A stretch of DNA of 64,000 bases from Planctomycetota bacterium. GTDB lineage: Bacteria; Planctomycetota; Planctomycetia; JALXBF01. The DNA lies in NCBI GenBank assembly GCA_026991575.1, contig JALXBF010000049.1, forward strand, positions 1-64,000, given 5' to 3'. Positions 8,884 to 18,329 of the stretch are shown here, piece after piece. A program made the position numbers and the translations under genes. The notes under the pieces were generated by a model. The model was not told where the DNA came from. It saw only the letters and a program-made list of their open reading frames with translations, and searched no databases. Position 1 is the first letter of the stretch; every line of letters starts with the position of its first letter.

Positions 8884-10737
8884 ATGAGCCAGCGTCGGAA
8901 CGCGCAAGACGGGGTTGCCAAGGAGCAGCTCATCGTCGAGTACGTCGATGGCACGCTGTCTCCGGAACTGGCCGCGCAGGTGCGCCGCCATATGGAAAGC
9001 GACGCAACGTTCCGCGAAGAAGTGTTGATCCAGCAGCGTGTGAAAGAACTGCTGGCCCAATACCGGCCCCAGGCCCAGCTGCCCCGCTCTGCCGAACGGC
9101 GCATCCTTGGTCGCCTCCAACTCATCGGACGCAGCTACCACCTCTGGCACGAAGTGCTCCGCGCCGCCGCAGAGGACACCGCTGGTGATAGCACCGCTCA
9201 GCACATCGAAGTCACCGCCCTCAGCGTGCTCGTCGACTACTACCTGGATGGCGATTTGCCGGAGGAGCTCCGCGAGCAGTTTGAGCAGCAACTTGCCATT
9301 GACGAGGCACTCCGACGAGAAGTCGAGCAGATGCGCTGGCTCCAGGAAGTGGCGCTGCCCGCCTGCGTCCAGCAGAACTATGAGCCCGCCGGACATGCGC
9401 TGCGCGAGCGGGTGCTGCGCCAGCTGGATAGCGTCGCCCTCCGCAGCAGCAACCGGTCCGAGCAGACGTCATCGTGGTGGCGCCGGGCCGCCGCGGCCGC
9501 AATCTTGCCGTTGCGGCGCTACCGGCCCCAAATGGCGATCGCAGCCGCGGCATCAGTGCTGATTGCTTCGGCTGCTTTCTTCATGCTCCGCTCTTCCCCG
9601 CAAGCCCCCGAAACGCACTCGGTCGACAGGCCACCCGGTACAGCACACACTGTGCCTCCACAGACCGGCGCCGATGCCCCGTTTTTCGAGGGTTTCGTGT
9701 CATCTGGTCCGGAAACCATCCCCGAAGGGGAGCTCGAGTTCCTTCAGCTTAAGGAGACCGGCCAGCTCTGGAACGGCTTCGGCCCGATCCGCGAGCAGCT
9801 GGCTCAGATGGGCCACGGTGCGCTTAGCCGCGTGACCGAGATTGCTGCCAGCCTGCCCTGGCCTCGGTTTGGCACGCGCCGTGAAGCCGCCGGAGCGGGT
9901 TCCGCCGAGAGCGCGCGAGCGCCCGCTTCCGTCGGCAGATACCGGCTCCGGAACCTCTCGACGCTGCTCAACAGACACTCTGCCTCACCGCGCCCGGCGA
10001 AGGAACGGTCCGAGAAGAACGTGGAGGAAGAACTTCTAGCAGCTGCGAAGCACGTCGGACGAACGATCGCATGGGAGGACGACAGCGGCGACCTTCACTG
10101 TGCCGTCGTCGTCGACGCGGTGCAGGCCGACGAAACAATCTCTTTGCTGTGCCGACGCTATGACCTGCAGCTCACCGAAATGGACGACACCGATGCTGAC
10201 AGCGCCGGTAGACTGATGGTGCTGGAGCTGCCCGCAGAGAAAGCCGAAGAGTTGATCAACGAGATGCAGGAGCGGTTCCAGCGGCTACTAACGCAACGGA
10301 CCGCAAAGAACTCGGCGCCCGGCAGTGCAGAAAGCAAGCGAACGAAGGCACCTCAGCCAGAAGTCGTCGAACATCGCGCCCGGAAACGGCCAGCCGATGT
10401 CGATATCGCCCCCACAGCTCTCAACGGCGTGCACGCCGTTACGTTGCCAATCCGATCCGACGAACGGAACGCATTGCTGCGACTGCTAGCCGTCCTTGAC
10501 CAACACGTGACACGAAGTGCGCGCCGTGCCCTCCGTCGGCTGCCCTTCGGTCGTCCAGCGCCCACGCGTCGCCGACCGCCAGAGGAGCACTCCGGAACAG
10601 GTAAGCCCAGCGAGGAACAGCAGAAGAAAGGCAGCAGACGCAAGAGCGACCGAGTCGTTGTTTACCTGTACTTCGTGTTCGAGCAACCTCGCGACACGAA
10701 CGACGAGAGGAAAACCACCCCGCAGCCCAAACGTTAG
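8884..10737 (+). CDS. Putative transmembrane anti-sigma factor with two tandem anti-sigma-like domains
   Basis: Follows the ECF gene; YVDGTLS and YLDGDLP repeats; one TM (AAAASVLIASAAFF); long C-terminal region. Confidence 0.7.
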   Translation: MSQRRNAQDGVAKEQLIVEYVDGTLSPELAAQVRRHMESDATFREEVLIQQRVKELLAQYRPQAQLPRSAERRILGRLQLIGRSYHLWHEVLRAAAEDTAGDSTAQHIEVTALSVLVDYYLDGDLPEELREQFEQQLAIDEALRREVEQMRWLQEVALPACVQQNYEPAGHALRERVLRQLDSVALRSSNRSEQTSSWWRRAAAAAILPLRRYRPQMAIAAAASVLIASAAFFMLRSSPQAPETHSVDRPPGTAHTVPPQTGADAPFFEGFVSSGPETIPEGELEFLQLKETGQLWNGFGPIREQLAQMGHGALSRVTEIAASLPWPRFGTRREAAGAGSAESARAPASVGRYRLRNLSTLLNRHSASPRPAKERSEKNVEEELLAAAKHVGRTIAWEDDSGDLHCAVVVDAVQADETISLLCRRYDLQLTEMDDTDADSAGRLMVLELPAEKAEELINEMQERFQRLLTQRTAKNSAPGSAESKRTKAPQPEVVEHRARKRPADVDIAPTALNGVHAVTLPIRSDERNALLRLLAVLDQHVTRSARRALRRLPFGRPAPTRRRPPEEHSGTGKPSEEQQKKGSRRKSDRVVVYLYFVFEQPRDTNDERKTTPQPKR

Positions 10738-10929
10738 CCCCCTGACGCTTTCCCGCCACCGGCAAGAACACACGTGTGGCCTGCCCCCGACCCTCGACGA
10801 ACGGCGTCATCTCGCTCTGACATTTGAAAGCCAGCTCTTCTGTACTGCCCGGTCTTAGCGTGCGGCAGGCCAGTGCCTTGGGAACCGACGCAACGTGTCC
10901 GTGACCCGCGTCTGCGCGGGGAGCCTCGC

Positions 10930-11961
10930 TCAGGGGCGCAGCAGCAGTTCGGGAGCAAAGTATCCGTACACGTAGTGGAAGCGCGGGCTGAAAAGACTGG
11001 TTCGCTCTGCACCGTGCCAAGGCTGGCGTCGCATCAACAGGGTGGATAACTGGAGCTGAAACAGGTCGGTCAGTCGCCAGCCGCGGCGCAGCTCGACGAC
11101 ACGTAGCCGCTCCAGCCCGGTCAGCTCGCGGACACGCTCGATCGCATCGTCCAGGTACCCGATGCGGTCGATGAGCCCGTGCTGGAGCGCTTCGTCTGCA
11201 ACGTATACGTCGCCGTTGGCTATGTGCGGCAGCTGCTCTTCCACAATCCGATCCCTTCTGCCCTCACGCACCACATCCAGGAACGTCTGGTAATAGTGCC
11301 GTATCAACTGCATGAACCGCTTTCGCTCCTCGTCCGTTAGCGGTCTGAACGGTGATCCGGCATCCTTCAACGGGCCGCTCTTGAACGTTTCCACTTGCAC
11401 CTGCCACTCGGACAACAGCCCGGAGACGTTGAAGAAGGTCATGCGGACACCGATTGATCCGACCAAAGCGGTCGGTTCGGCGATCACTTCATCCGTGGCA
11501 CATGCCAGGTAGTAGGCGCCCGATGCACCGAGGCCTTGGATAAACGTCACGACTGGAAACGCCGTGTTCGATGTGTCCTGCCGCTGGCGTTTGTACTCCA
11601 ACAGTTCGTGGTACATGCGGTCCGTGGCAGTGACCGTCCCGCCAGGGCTGTCCACTCTAAGGAGCACGCCTCGTACGCGCTGGTCCTTTTCCAGCCGGCG
11701 TAGTGTGCTGCGGAGCGCGGAAGCGGAAGAGGCAGTCAGCAGGCCGTTGATCGGTATGATGACGAGTTTGTCCTCCGCGTCTCGCTCACCGCTGACGAAA
11801 ACCTCACGGTACGGTCTGCCTGTTCGTTCCTGAACGAGGTTGAACAGAACGGCGTTGGTGAGCAAGGAGACAATCAGCAGCAACGCCAGCAGGCGTCGTC
11901 GCCACCTGCCGCGAGGTCTGCCCGCCTTTCCGCCTTCACGGTCGCTGGCCAACTCACTCAT
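10930..11961 (-). CDS. sppA: Signal peptide peptidase SppA (S49, 36K type)
   Basis: RVDSPGG, ASGAYYLA (catalytic Ser), VGSIGV, KSGPLKD (Lys), GLIDRIG; N-terminal TM. Confidence 0.92.
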   Translation of the reverse strand: MSELASDREGGKAGRPRGRWRRRLLALLLIVSLLTNAVLFNLVQERTGRPYREVFVSGERDAEDKLVIIPINGLLTASSASALRSTLRRLEKDQRVRGVLLRVDSPGGTVTATDRMYHELLEYKRQRQDTSNTAFPVVTFIQGLGASGAYYLACATDEVIAEPTALVGSIGVRMTFFNVSGLLSEWQVQVETFKSGPLKDAGSPFRPLTDEERKRFMQLIRHYYQTFLDVVREGRRDRIVEEQLPHIANGDVYVADEALQHGLIDRIGYLDDAIERVRELTGLERLRVVELRRGWRLTDLFQLQLSTLLMRRQPWHGAERTSLFSPRFHYVYGYFAPELLLRP

Positions 11962-12521
11962 TGCTGTTCCGGTCTGCCTTCTCCGCCGTTCTGATCTTCG
12001 TTGCGGGTCTGCTGGATCTGCGGCGGTGCCGCGTCCGGGAACGCCGGCGTACCGTACGGCACAGGAGGTTCGAACACGTCAGCCGGTTCGATGTGGTAGA
12101 CGCGCCAGGTGTCGTTCTCTTGTTGCAATCGGTAGGCCTGCCGTTCCCACGGCCTACCTTTGTATACCCGTTCTACGACGATGCGGATTCGGCCGTTGTC
12201 TAGTGTCTCTGTGAGATCGTGGCGGATGGCACGCCCCACGACGCCTTCAAGGCTTTGCTTCAGGTAACTGCGGAACGCCTCCTCACCGCGCTCACGCAGC
12301 TCATTGGCAAGCCTCTGGCGCAGGGTTCCGGTGAAGCAGTCCAGATACTCGGTCACGTCGCCGCGTGCTGCCGCTTCATAGAGTAGGTCGATGCGTTCCT
12401 CCGGCGTGCGGGGCGTAGCTCGGCCCAGGCCACGCCCGGCCATCACGGCGGCCACCGCCAGTACCGCCACCGTCAGCGCGGCAGCAATCGCCTTATGCGA
12501 CCGGTTCGCACCCCGACTCAC
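11958..12521 (-). CDS. Hypothetical single-TM protein, possible NTF2-like fold
   Basis: N-terminal TM, LYEAAARGDVTEYLDCF helix pair then beta strands ending WRVYHI; start and stop overlap both neighbours. Confidence 0.65.
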   Translation of the reverse strand: MSRGANRSHKAIAAALTVAVLAVAAVMAGRGLGRATPRTPEERIDLLYEAAARGDVTEYLDCFTGTLRQRLANELRERGEEAFRSYLKQSLEGVVGRAIRHDLTETLDNGRIRIVVERVYKGRPWERQAYRLQQENDTWRVYHIEPADVFEPPVPYGTPAFPDAAPPQIQQTRNEDQNGGEGRPEQQ

Positions 12522-13489
12522 CGGATAGCCTCTTGCTGCTGAAGCTCTTGCTGGTCACGTCGTTCTGGTTGTTCCCTGTTCTCGATCGGTCTCAGCACCC
12601 CGATATCGACTGGCTTGTGCCGGTCGTCGACCACGATGGTTCGCCGCACGTTGGCCAGCGCGCGGCCCAGGGTGTCGAAGAATAGACGGGCGGTGACCAA
12701 CGACGGCTGTTGGCGGTACTCGTAGAGCAGCTTTCGAAACCGATCCGCTTCTGCCAGCGCGCGGTTGCGCAACTCGGCCGCTTCGGCTCGGGCGCGCTGC
12801 CGGAGAGCATTGGCCTGGGCTCGTGCGGTGAGCCGCTGCTGGTCGGCATAACGGCGCGCCTGCACAACCATCGTTTCCGCCTCTGCGCGGGCTGCGTTCA
12901 CATCGTCGAATGCGTCCTTCACCTCCGCAGGCGCCTCCACTACAGGCAGCGCGATGTCCCGGACCGCGATCCCTAACCCTTGCCGTGCCACCCGCCGCTG
13001 CAACAGCGCCAGTGCCGCAGCGGCAATCTCGGCCTTGCCCGTGGTCAACACGTAGTCGATCTGCCGCGTCGCCAGAACCTCGGACAAAACGCTTACGGTC
13101 AAGCTCGCAAGCACCTTCTCCGGCTGGCTGGTGGCAAACAGGTACGCCACCGGGTCGGAGACCGAGTACTGCACCACGGCCTGCACGACAACCAGGTTTT
13201 GATCGCCGGTCAGGAACAGAGCCAGCGGTGAGGTGGCCGGCATCCCGAGCAGTCGGTCTGCCGCCCCCCTCATGCCCACCGTTAGCCGCTTCACTTCACG
13301 CGGTTTGATGCGATCCACTCGATCCAATCCCCATGGCAGGCCGAAATGTAACCCCGGCTCGCGCAGCGGTGGGTCAAAGCGGCCGAAGCGGCGTACCACG
13401 CCGACTTCGTTCTCAGCCACCGTATAGATGCCCGTTGCGAGGTAGGCAGCCAGTGCGACGATCGCCAGAGCCAGCATCCAACGACTCAT
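12518..13489 (-). CDS. hflK: HflK-like SPFH/band 7 protein
   Basis: GVVRRFG, PGLHFGLPW, LTGDQNLV, VKDAFDDVNAA, EADRF. Confidence 0.85.
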   Translation of the reverse strand: MSRWMLALAIVALAAYLATGIYTVAENEVGVVRRFGRFDPPLREPGLHFGLPWGLDRVDRIKPREVKRLTVGMRGAADRLLGMPATSPLALFLTGDQNLVVVQAVVQYSVSDPVAYLFATSQPEKVLASLTVSVLSEVLATRQIDYVLTTGKAEIAAAALALLQRRVARQGLGIAVRDIALPVVEAPAEVKDAFDDVNAARAEAETMVVQARRYADQQRLTARAQANALRQRARAEAAELRNRALAEADRFRKLLYEYRQQPSLVTARLFFDTLGRALANVRRTIVVDDRHKPVDIGVLRPIENREQPERRDQQELQQQEAIR

Positions 13490-14910
13490 GGCTTCCCTCC
13501 GTCACCGCCAGCGGCAGCCTGACCGTCGGCTGCTACCGCCGGCACTTCGGGTTTGGACCCCGCCGGCTCCCCGTTTCCGACGCCGGCCGTAGCCTGCCGC
13601 TCGGTTCGACTCCCGATGGTCGCACCCGATGCGAGTTCGTGGACGGTAGTCAGCAGTCGCATGAGGGGACTTTCTGAGGAAAGCACCAGGACAGCCTTCT
13701 CGTTGAGCATCTTCTGGTACGTTTCCAGCGTCACCAGGAACTCGTAGAAGGTGGGATCTTCCGCGTGCGCTTCATTGGCCACCTTCATTGCTTCTGCTTC
13801 CGCGCGCGCTCGGATCTCGGCAGCATCACGCTCAGCACGCGCCAGCAGCTCGCGCACCTCCTTGTCCGCCTGACTGCGAATCGTCTCGGCGATGCTCCGG
13901 CCTTCGGCCCGCGTCCGGTCTGCCACCGCCTGCCGTTCTGTGCGGATCATGTCATAGATGGCGGAACGGACGGCGGTCGGATGATTGAATCGCTTGATCC
14001 GAACGTCAACGACCTCAATGCCATATTGCTCGTACGCGCTCTTGCGGACCGCATCAACGAGCTTCTGTGCCAACTCATCCAGGAGCACGTCCTCAGGGTT
14101 CAGGCTCACGAACTGCTGCAGCTTCATCTGGCCCACTTCCGCCCGGACCAACGACCAGATGCGGTCTTCGAGTCGGGCCTCAGCCGCTTCGATCGTACCG
14201 ATCGCACGCAGGTAGCGGAGGATAGCGGCTTCGTGTGCCTGGCGCGCCTGGTCCGAGCCCACTGCCACGCCGCTCATCCGTGCCGCAAACTCCGGCGTAG
14301 GCAGCCGCCAGCACGCGAACCACTCGACATTCAGGTTCTGCCCTACCTCCAGACGCTCACTCTGCTGTCCCGCGCCCGGCTCCGCCTCGGGCCGGCTGAG
14401 TCCGATCTGGAACACCCGTCTGGCACCACCCTGGGTAAGCATTTCGCGTCCGGGCGGATTCAGCAATTGCAACCGGCGATCCAGGCGGCGCACCGTCTCA
14501 AACGGCCACTTGAAAGCCAGCCCAGGCTCCACTAGCAGCCGCACCGGCTTGCCGAAAAGCGTAACGTACACGTATTCGGTCTCGTCCACGAAAACGACCG
14601 AGCGAACGAGCAGCACGGCCACGAGTGCCAGGGCAAATAGGCTCAGCGCCACGCGCCGCAGCCGTGTGAGGTTCAGCCGATACGGCCCGGCACTCTGCCA
14701 GTCCTCCCACCAATCCTCGTGATCGTGATCATGGTCATGATGGTGGTGCTCGTGATGCCCATGGTGGTGATGGCCTGGGTCGTGCCGGTGGCCTTCAGGA
14801 CCGTGGGCATGATGGTGCCCGTGGTCACGAGTGTGCGAGCCGCTGGCGATGTCGTCGCGATGCATCTGGGTTTGCTCCGCTAGTGCGTTCAGCACACGAC
14901 CAAGCCGCAC
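13486..14910 (-). CDS. hflC: HflC-like SPFH protein with His-rich N-terminal extension
   Basis: FGKPV, PGLAFKWPF, YGIEVVDVRIKR, MIRTER, DPTFYEFLVTLETY; alternative start ATG 14865 has a GGAG upstream. Confidence 0.85.
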   Translation of the reverse strand: MRLGRVLNALAEQTQMHRDDIASGSHTRDHGHHHAHGPEGHRHDPGHHHHGHHEHHHHDHDHDHEDWWEDWQSAGPYRLNLTRLRRVALSLFALALVAVLLVRSVVFVDETEYVYVTLFGKPVRLLVEPGLAFKWPFETVRRLDRRLQLLNPPGREMLTQGGARRVFQIGLSRPEAEPGAGQQSERLEVGQNLNVEWFACWRLPTPEFAARMSGVAVGSDQARQAHEAAILRYLRAIGTIEAAEARLEDRIWSLVRAEVGQMKLQQFVSLNPEDVLLDELAQKLVDAVRKSAYEQYGIEVVDVRIKRFNHPTAVRSAIYDMIRTERQAVADRTRAEGRSIAETIRSQADKEVRELLARAERDAAEIRARAEAEAMKVANEAHAEDPTFYEFLVTLETYQKMLNEKAVLVLSSESPLMRLLTTVHELASGATIGSRTERQATAGVGNGEPAGSKPEVPAVAADGQAAAGGDGGKP

Positions 14911-14922
14911 GCGCGCGATGGA

Positions 14923-17900
14923 TCACTCTTCCGGAGGCGGTGGCGGCGGCACGGCCAGCCGCTCGATCGTCTCCTGCAAGAGCCGGCCGAGTCGGGCGAC
15001 GGTGTCCGTGTCGGCCAGCCAGAGCAGCCGCCGACCGGTGCCTGATTGATCAACGATGACCATCTCGCGGTCAGCTACCGCCTGTGCGAGCGTGCGGTGG
15101 TAGAGCCTCAAGGCGGACACGTGCGGCGCGACGCGGTGGCCCGTTAACCTGGCCCGAAACAGCGTCGCTTCCACTTGAGCGCGGGTGACCGTGATGACAG
15201 CCTCCGCCTCGGCCTCGTTCAGGATCCGCCGCGCCGTGCCTTGCAACTGCTGGCGGAGAATGCCCCACAGCGCCTCAACCGGATCACCCGCCACGTTGGC
15301 AGCCACAAGGCGTTCGCTGGCCTGTTGTCCTGCCGAACGAATCAGGCGCTGGACGCGGTATGCTTCCGCTTCGATTTCCAGCCGCTCCCTTTCCTTGTAC
15401 GCCCGGGCAAGTTCACGGAACGCATCGACAACTTCCAGCGGAGGGTGCACGTCCTGCAGTGTCACGGCAACGACCTCTAACGGCAACCCGTAGCCCTCTA
15501 GCCGCTGCTGGATTCGCTCTGCCGCGGCCAGCTCGATCGCGTGCCGGCCGCGGGTCAAGACCGCATTGAAAGACTGGGTCGCCGTCAGTTCCCGGAGCAC
15601 CTCCTCGGCCACCACCCGCACGGTGTCCTCCACGTAGCGGACACGATACAGGTAGCGGAGCACGACGTCCTTGAGCCGATCGGGAGCGATGTGCACCGGG
15701 TCACCGACTGCGACGCGGTACTGGACGGTGGCGTTCAGTTCAAGCAGCCGGTTATCACCGGAAAAGACCAGCGACTCGTCCTCCACCCGCTCCAGCATCC
15801 CATCCCGGTGCGGGCTGTCCCATTCGATTGGCAGCATGCTCTGTTGCAGCGGTCCGGACCGTCGGCGGAACCCGATTTCGACGGCGCGCACTCTAGCGAC
15901 TGGCACCCGGTCGACCAGTTCCAGTGGTTGGGGGAGTCGCCAGTGCAGACCGGGCTGCAAGACGGCGTGGAACTTGCCGAAACGGCGTACGGCACCGATC
16001 TCATCCGGTCCGATCACGGTCAGCCCGCTGGCCAGGTACGCGGCGGCAGCCGCCGCCAGCGTCGCGGCGGCGAGCCGACGACGGCGGTACCAGCCCCAGG
16101 CGACAGCCGGGGTGAAAAAGTCTGCCACGCGCATCACCCAGCGGGCGGCTGCCCGTTCCATCCGTCCCAGTGCCGACCGCTCCCACTTCTCAAACCAGAG
16201 CAGTCGGACAGCGTTGCAGAGCACCAGGAACGAGCCGATCTGATGCGTGATCGCAGCTCCGATTGGGCCAAGCACTTCTTCGGCCGAGAGGAGGATGGCG
16301 CCGGTGTTCAGGCCGAAGGCAAACACAAGGATGTTCTGCCGGATCACGCGCATCACGGCGCGGCTAAAGCGGATCAGTTCGGGCAACGGCTTCAGTGGCT
16401 CACCCATCAGCACCAGGTCGCCGGCCTCCGCGGCGATGTCTGTGCCGACGCCACCGAGTGCCAGACCCGCGTCGGCCACGGCCAGGGCGGGGGCATCGTT
16501 GATGCCGTCGCCAACCATGCCCACTCCGGGCAAGGTGCGTCGGATCCTCCGTTCGCGCAGCCGTCGCCGGTCTCTGTCCCGCACTTCCATGCGCCACTGT
16601 TCGATCCAGCGTGCCTTGTCCGCCGGAAGCATTTCCGCCTCGAACCGGTCAACCCCAACCTGCTCTGCGATGCGGGCCGCCACAGGCCGGCGGTCGCCAG
16701 TCAATAACACGATTTCGCGGATGCCCAGGTGTCGCAGCTCGTGGATGACGTCGGCGGCTTCGGGCCGCACGCGATCTTCAACCCCCAGGGCCCCGACAAC
16801 CTCGCCCTCCACGGCCACCAGCAGCGGACTCATGCCATGCGCTTCCAGCTCCTCCAGCGTGGCTATGGCTGCCTCGACGCCGCGCACGCCAAGCTCCTGC
16901 ATCAAGCGTCGGTTTCCGATGACAACTCGGCCGACGCCGGGCACGGTTCCTTCGATGCCTGCACCGGGATGGACCTTGAAGTCGACAACTTCCGCCAACG
17001 TCAGGCCTCGTCGCTGGGCTTCGGAAACGATCAGCTTCGCGATGTGGTGCTCACTGAGCGACTCGACGGCCGCTGCCCACGCCAGGAGCTGGTCCTCGGT
17101 CACGTCGCCCAGTGGCACGACGCGGCCCAGGTGAAGCTTGGCCTGGGTAAGCGTGCCGGTCTTGTCGAACGCCAGGTAGCGGACGGTGGCCAGCCGCTCC
17201 AGCGCTTCGCTGGCCTTCATGATCACCCCCCGGCGCGCCATCCAGGCCATGGCCGCCATTGCGGCTGCCGGTGTTGCGAGGATGAGGCCACATGGGCAGG
17301 CGACGACCAGAACGGCAAGAGTGGGCATCCAGTTCAGGTTTCTCCAGGAGGGAGCCCCCCAGTTCGTGTAGATCAACGTCAGGACCGCGGCGGTCAGCAC
17401 GGCGGGCAGGAACATTCGGGCATAGCGATCGGCCAGGCGTTCGATCGGTGCCTTGCGTGTCTGGGCCTGCGCCACGAGCTTGATGACCTGGCCCAACGTC
17501 GTTTCTTCGCGCACCCGCTCGGTACGGATCCGAACGGCTCCGTACTGGTTTAGTGCTCCGGCGTAGATCTTGTCCCCCTCCCCTACGTCCACCGGCAGGC
17601 TCTCGCCAGTCAGCGCGCTCTGATCCACCGTGGTGCGGCCTTCGATGACGACGCCGTCGACCGGCACGCGCTCCCCGGGACGAACGATGACGACGTCTCC
17701 GGGTTCGACCTGCTCGATGGGCACTTCGACTTCCGCCCCGTCCCGCAGAACGCGGGCGGTTCGCGGAGCAAGTTCAAGGATCTTGCGCAACTCCCGGTGG
17801 GCACGCTTGAACGCTACCGCCTCCAAGGATTCGCCCACCATCGCGATGAATGCCACCTCGGCCGCCACCCAGTATTCGCGCAGCAGCAACGCAGCGAGCA

Positions 17901-18165
17901 TGGCGATGGCCAGCGCGATGTCGGCACCGATGTTGCCTTCCAGGATGCCGACCAACGCCGCATAGACGATGCGAGCCCCCCCGATCAAGGCGGCAATCAG
18001 CGCAAGGTCGTAACCGAACGGTTGTTGCAGCGTGGTCCAACCAAGCCAGCGGAACAGTAGGTCTGCAGCGATGAGCACGCCGAGCGTGGCAGTGAGCAGA
18101 TAGAGCGAGCGGAAGGATGGAAGCTCCAGCGCTTCCCGCGGATCCACGCTATGCTGCATGTGCAT
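14923..18165 (-). CDS. Heavy-metal P1B-type ATPase fused to a C-terminal HflK-like SPFH domain
   Basis: TGES, VVACPC, DKTGT, SEHH/HP, TGD, GDGINDAP; then TM, GAVRRFG, PGLHWRLP, QDVHPP, VVDAF. Confidence 0.92.
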   Translation of the reverse strand: MHMQHSVDPREALELPSFRSLYLLTATLGVLIAADLLFRWLGWTTLQQPFGYDLALIAALIGGARIVYAALVGILEGNIGADIALAIAMLAALLLREYWVAAEVAFIAMVGESLEAVAFKRAHRELRKILELAPRTARVLRDGAEVEVPIEQVEPGDVVIVRPGERVPVDGVVIEGRTTVDQSALTGESLPVDVGEGDKIYAGALNQYGAVRIRTERVREETTLGQVIKLVAQAQTRKAPIERLADRYARMFLPAVLTAAVLTLIYTNWGAPSWRNLNWMPTLAVLVVACPCGLILATPAAAMAAMAWMARRGVIMKASEALERLATVRYLAFDKTGTLTQAKLHLGRVVPLGDVTEDQLLAWAAAVESLSEHHIAKLIVSEAQRRGLTLAEVVDFKVHPGAGIEGTVPGVGRVVIGNRRLMQELGVRGVEAAIATLEELEAHGMSPLLVAVEGEVVGALGVEDRVRPEAADVIHELRHLGIREIVLLTGDRRPVAARIAEQVGVDRFEAEMLPADKARWIEQWRMEVRDRDRRRLRERRIRRTLPGVGMVGDGINDAPALAVADAGLALGGVGTDIAAEAGDLVLMGEPLKPLPELIRFSRAVMRVIRQNILVFAFGLNTGAILLSAEEVLGPIGAAITHQIGSFLVLCNAVRLLWFEKWERSALGRMERAAARWVMRVADFFTPAVAWGWYRRRRLAAATLAAAAAAYLASGLTVIGPDEIGAVRRFGKFHAVLQPGLHWRLPQPLELVDRVPVARVRAVEIGFRRRSGPLQQSMLPIEWDSPHRDGMLERVEDESLVFSGDNRLLELNATVQYRVAVGDPVHIAPDRLKDVVLRYLYRVRYVEDTVRVVAEEVLRELTATQSFNAVLTRGRHAIELAAAERIQQRLEGYGLPLEVVAVTLQDVHPPLEVVDAFRELARAYKERERLEIEAEAYRVQRLIRSAGQQASERLVAANVAGDPVEALWGILRQQLQGTARRILNEAEAEAVITVTRAQVEATLFRARLTGHRVAPHVSALRLYHRTLAQAVADREMVIVDQSGTGRRLLWLADTDTVARLGRLLQETIERLAVPPPPPPEE

Positions 18166-18329
18166 GGGCAGTGGACTCCCAGAGACCGCACCGGCTTGAC
18201 CGCCACACAGGACCGTGGCGCACGCTCTCGTCCGTTGCCCGCCAGCTCTGCACGTCGGCTCCGCGAGCGCAGCGGAGCGTGCCGTTCCGGCAGCCGGCGG
18301 TGCTGGTTGCCAAGGGCAGGCGTCGGCTT

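Noticed and set aside
14719..14836. Repetitive TGG/TGA-rich DNA as a possible repeat array
   Set aside because: It is the coding sequence of the His tract; no repeat-spacer structure and no cas genes
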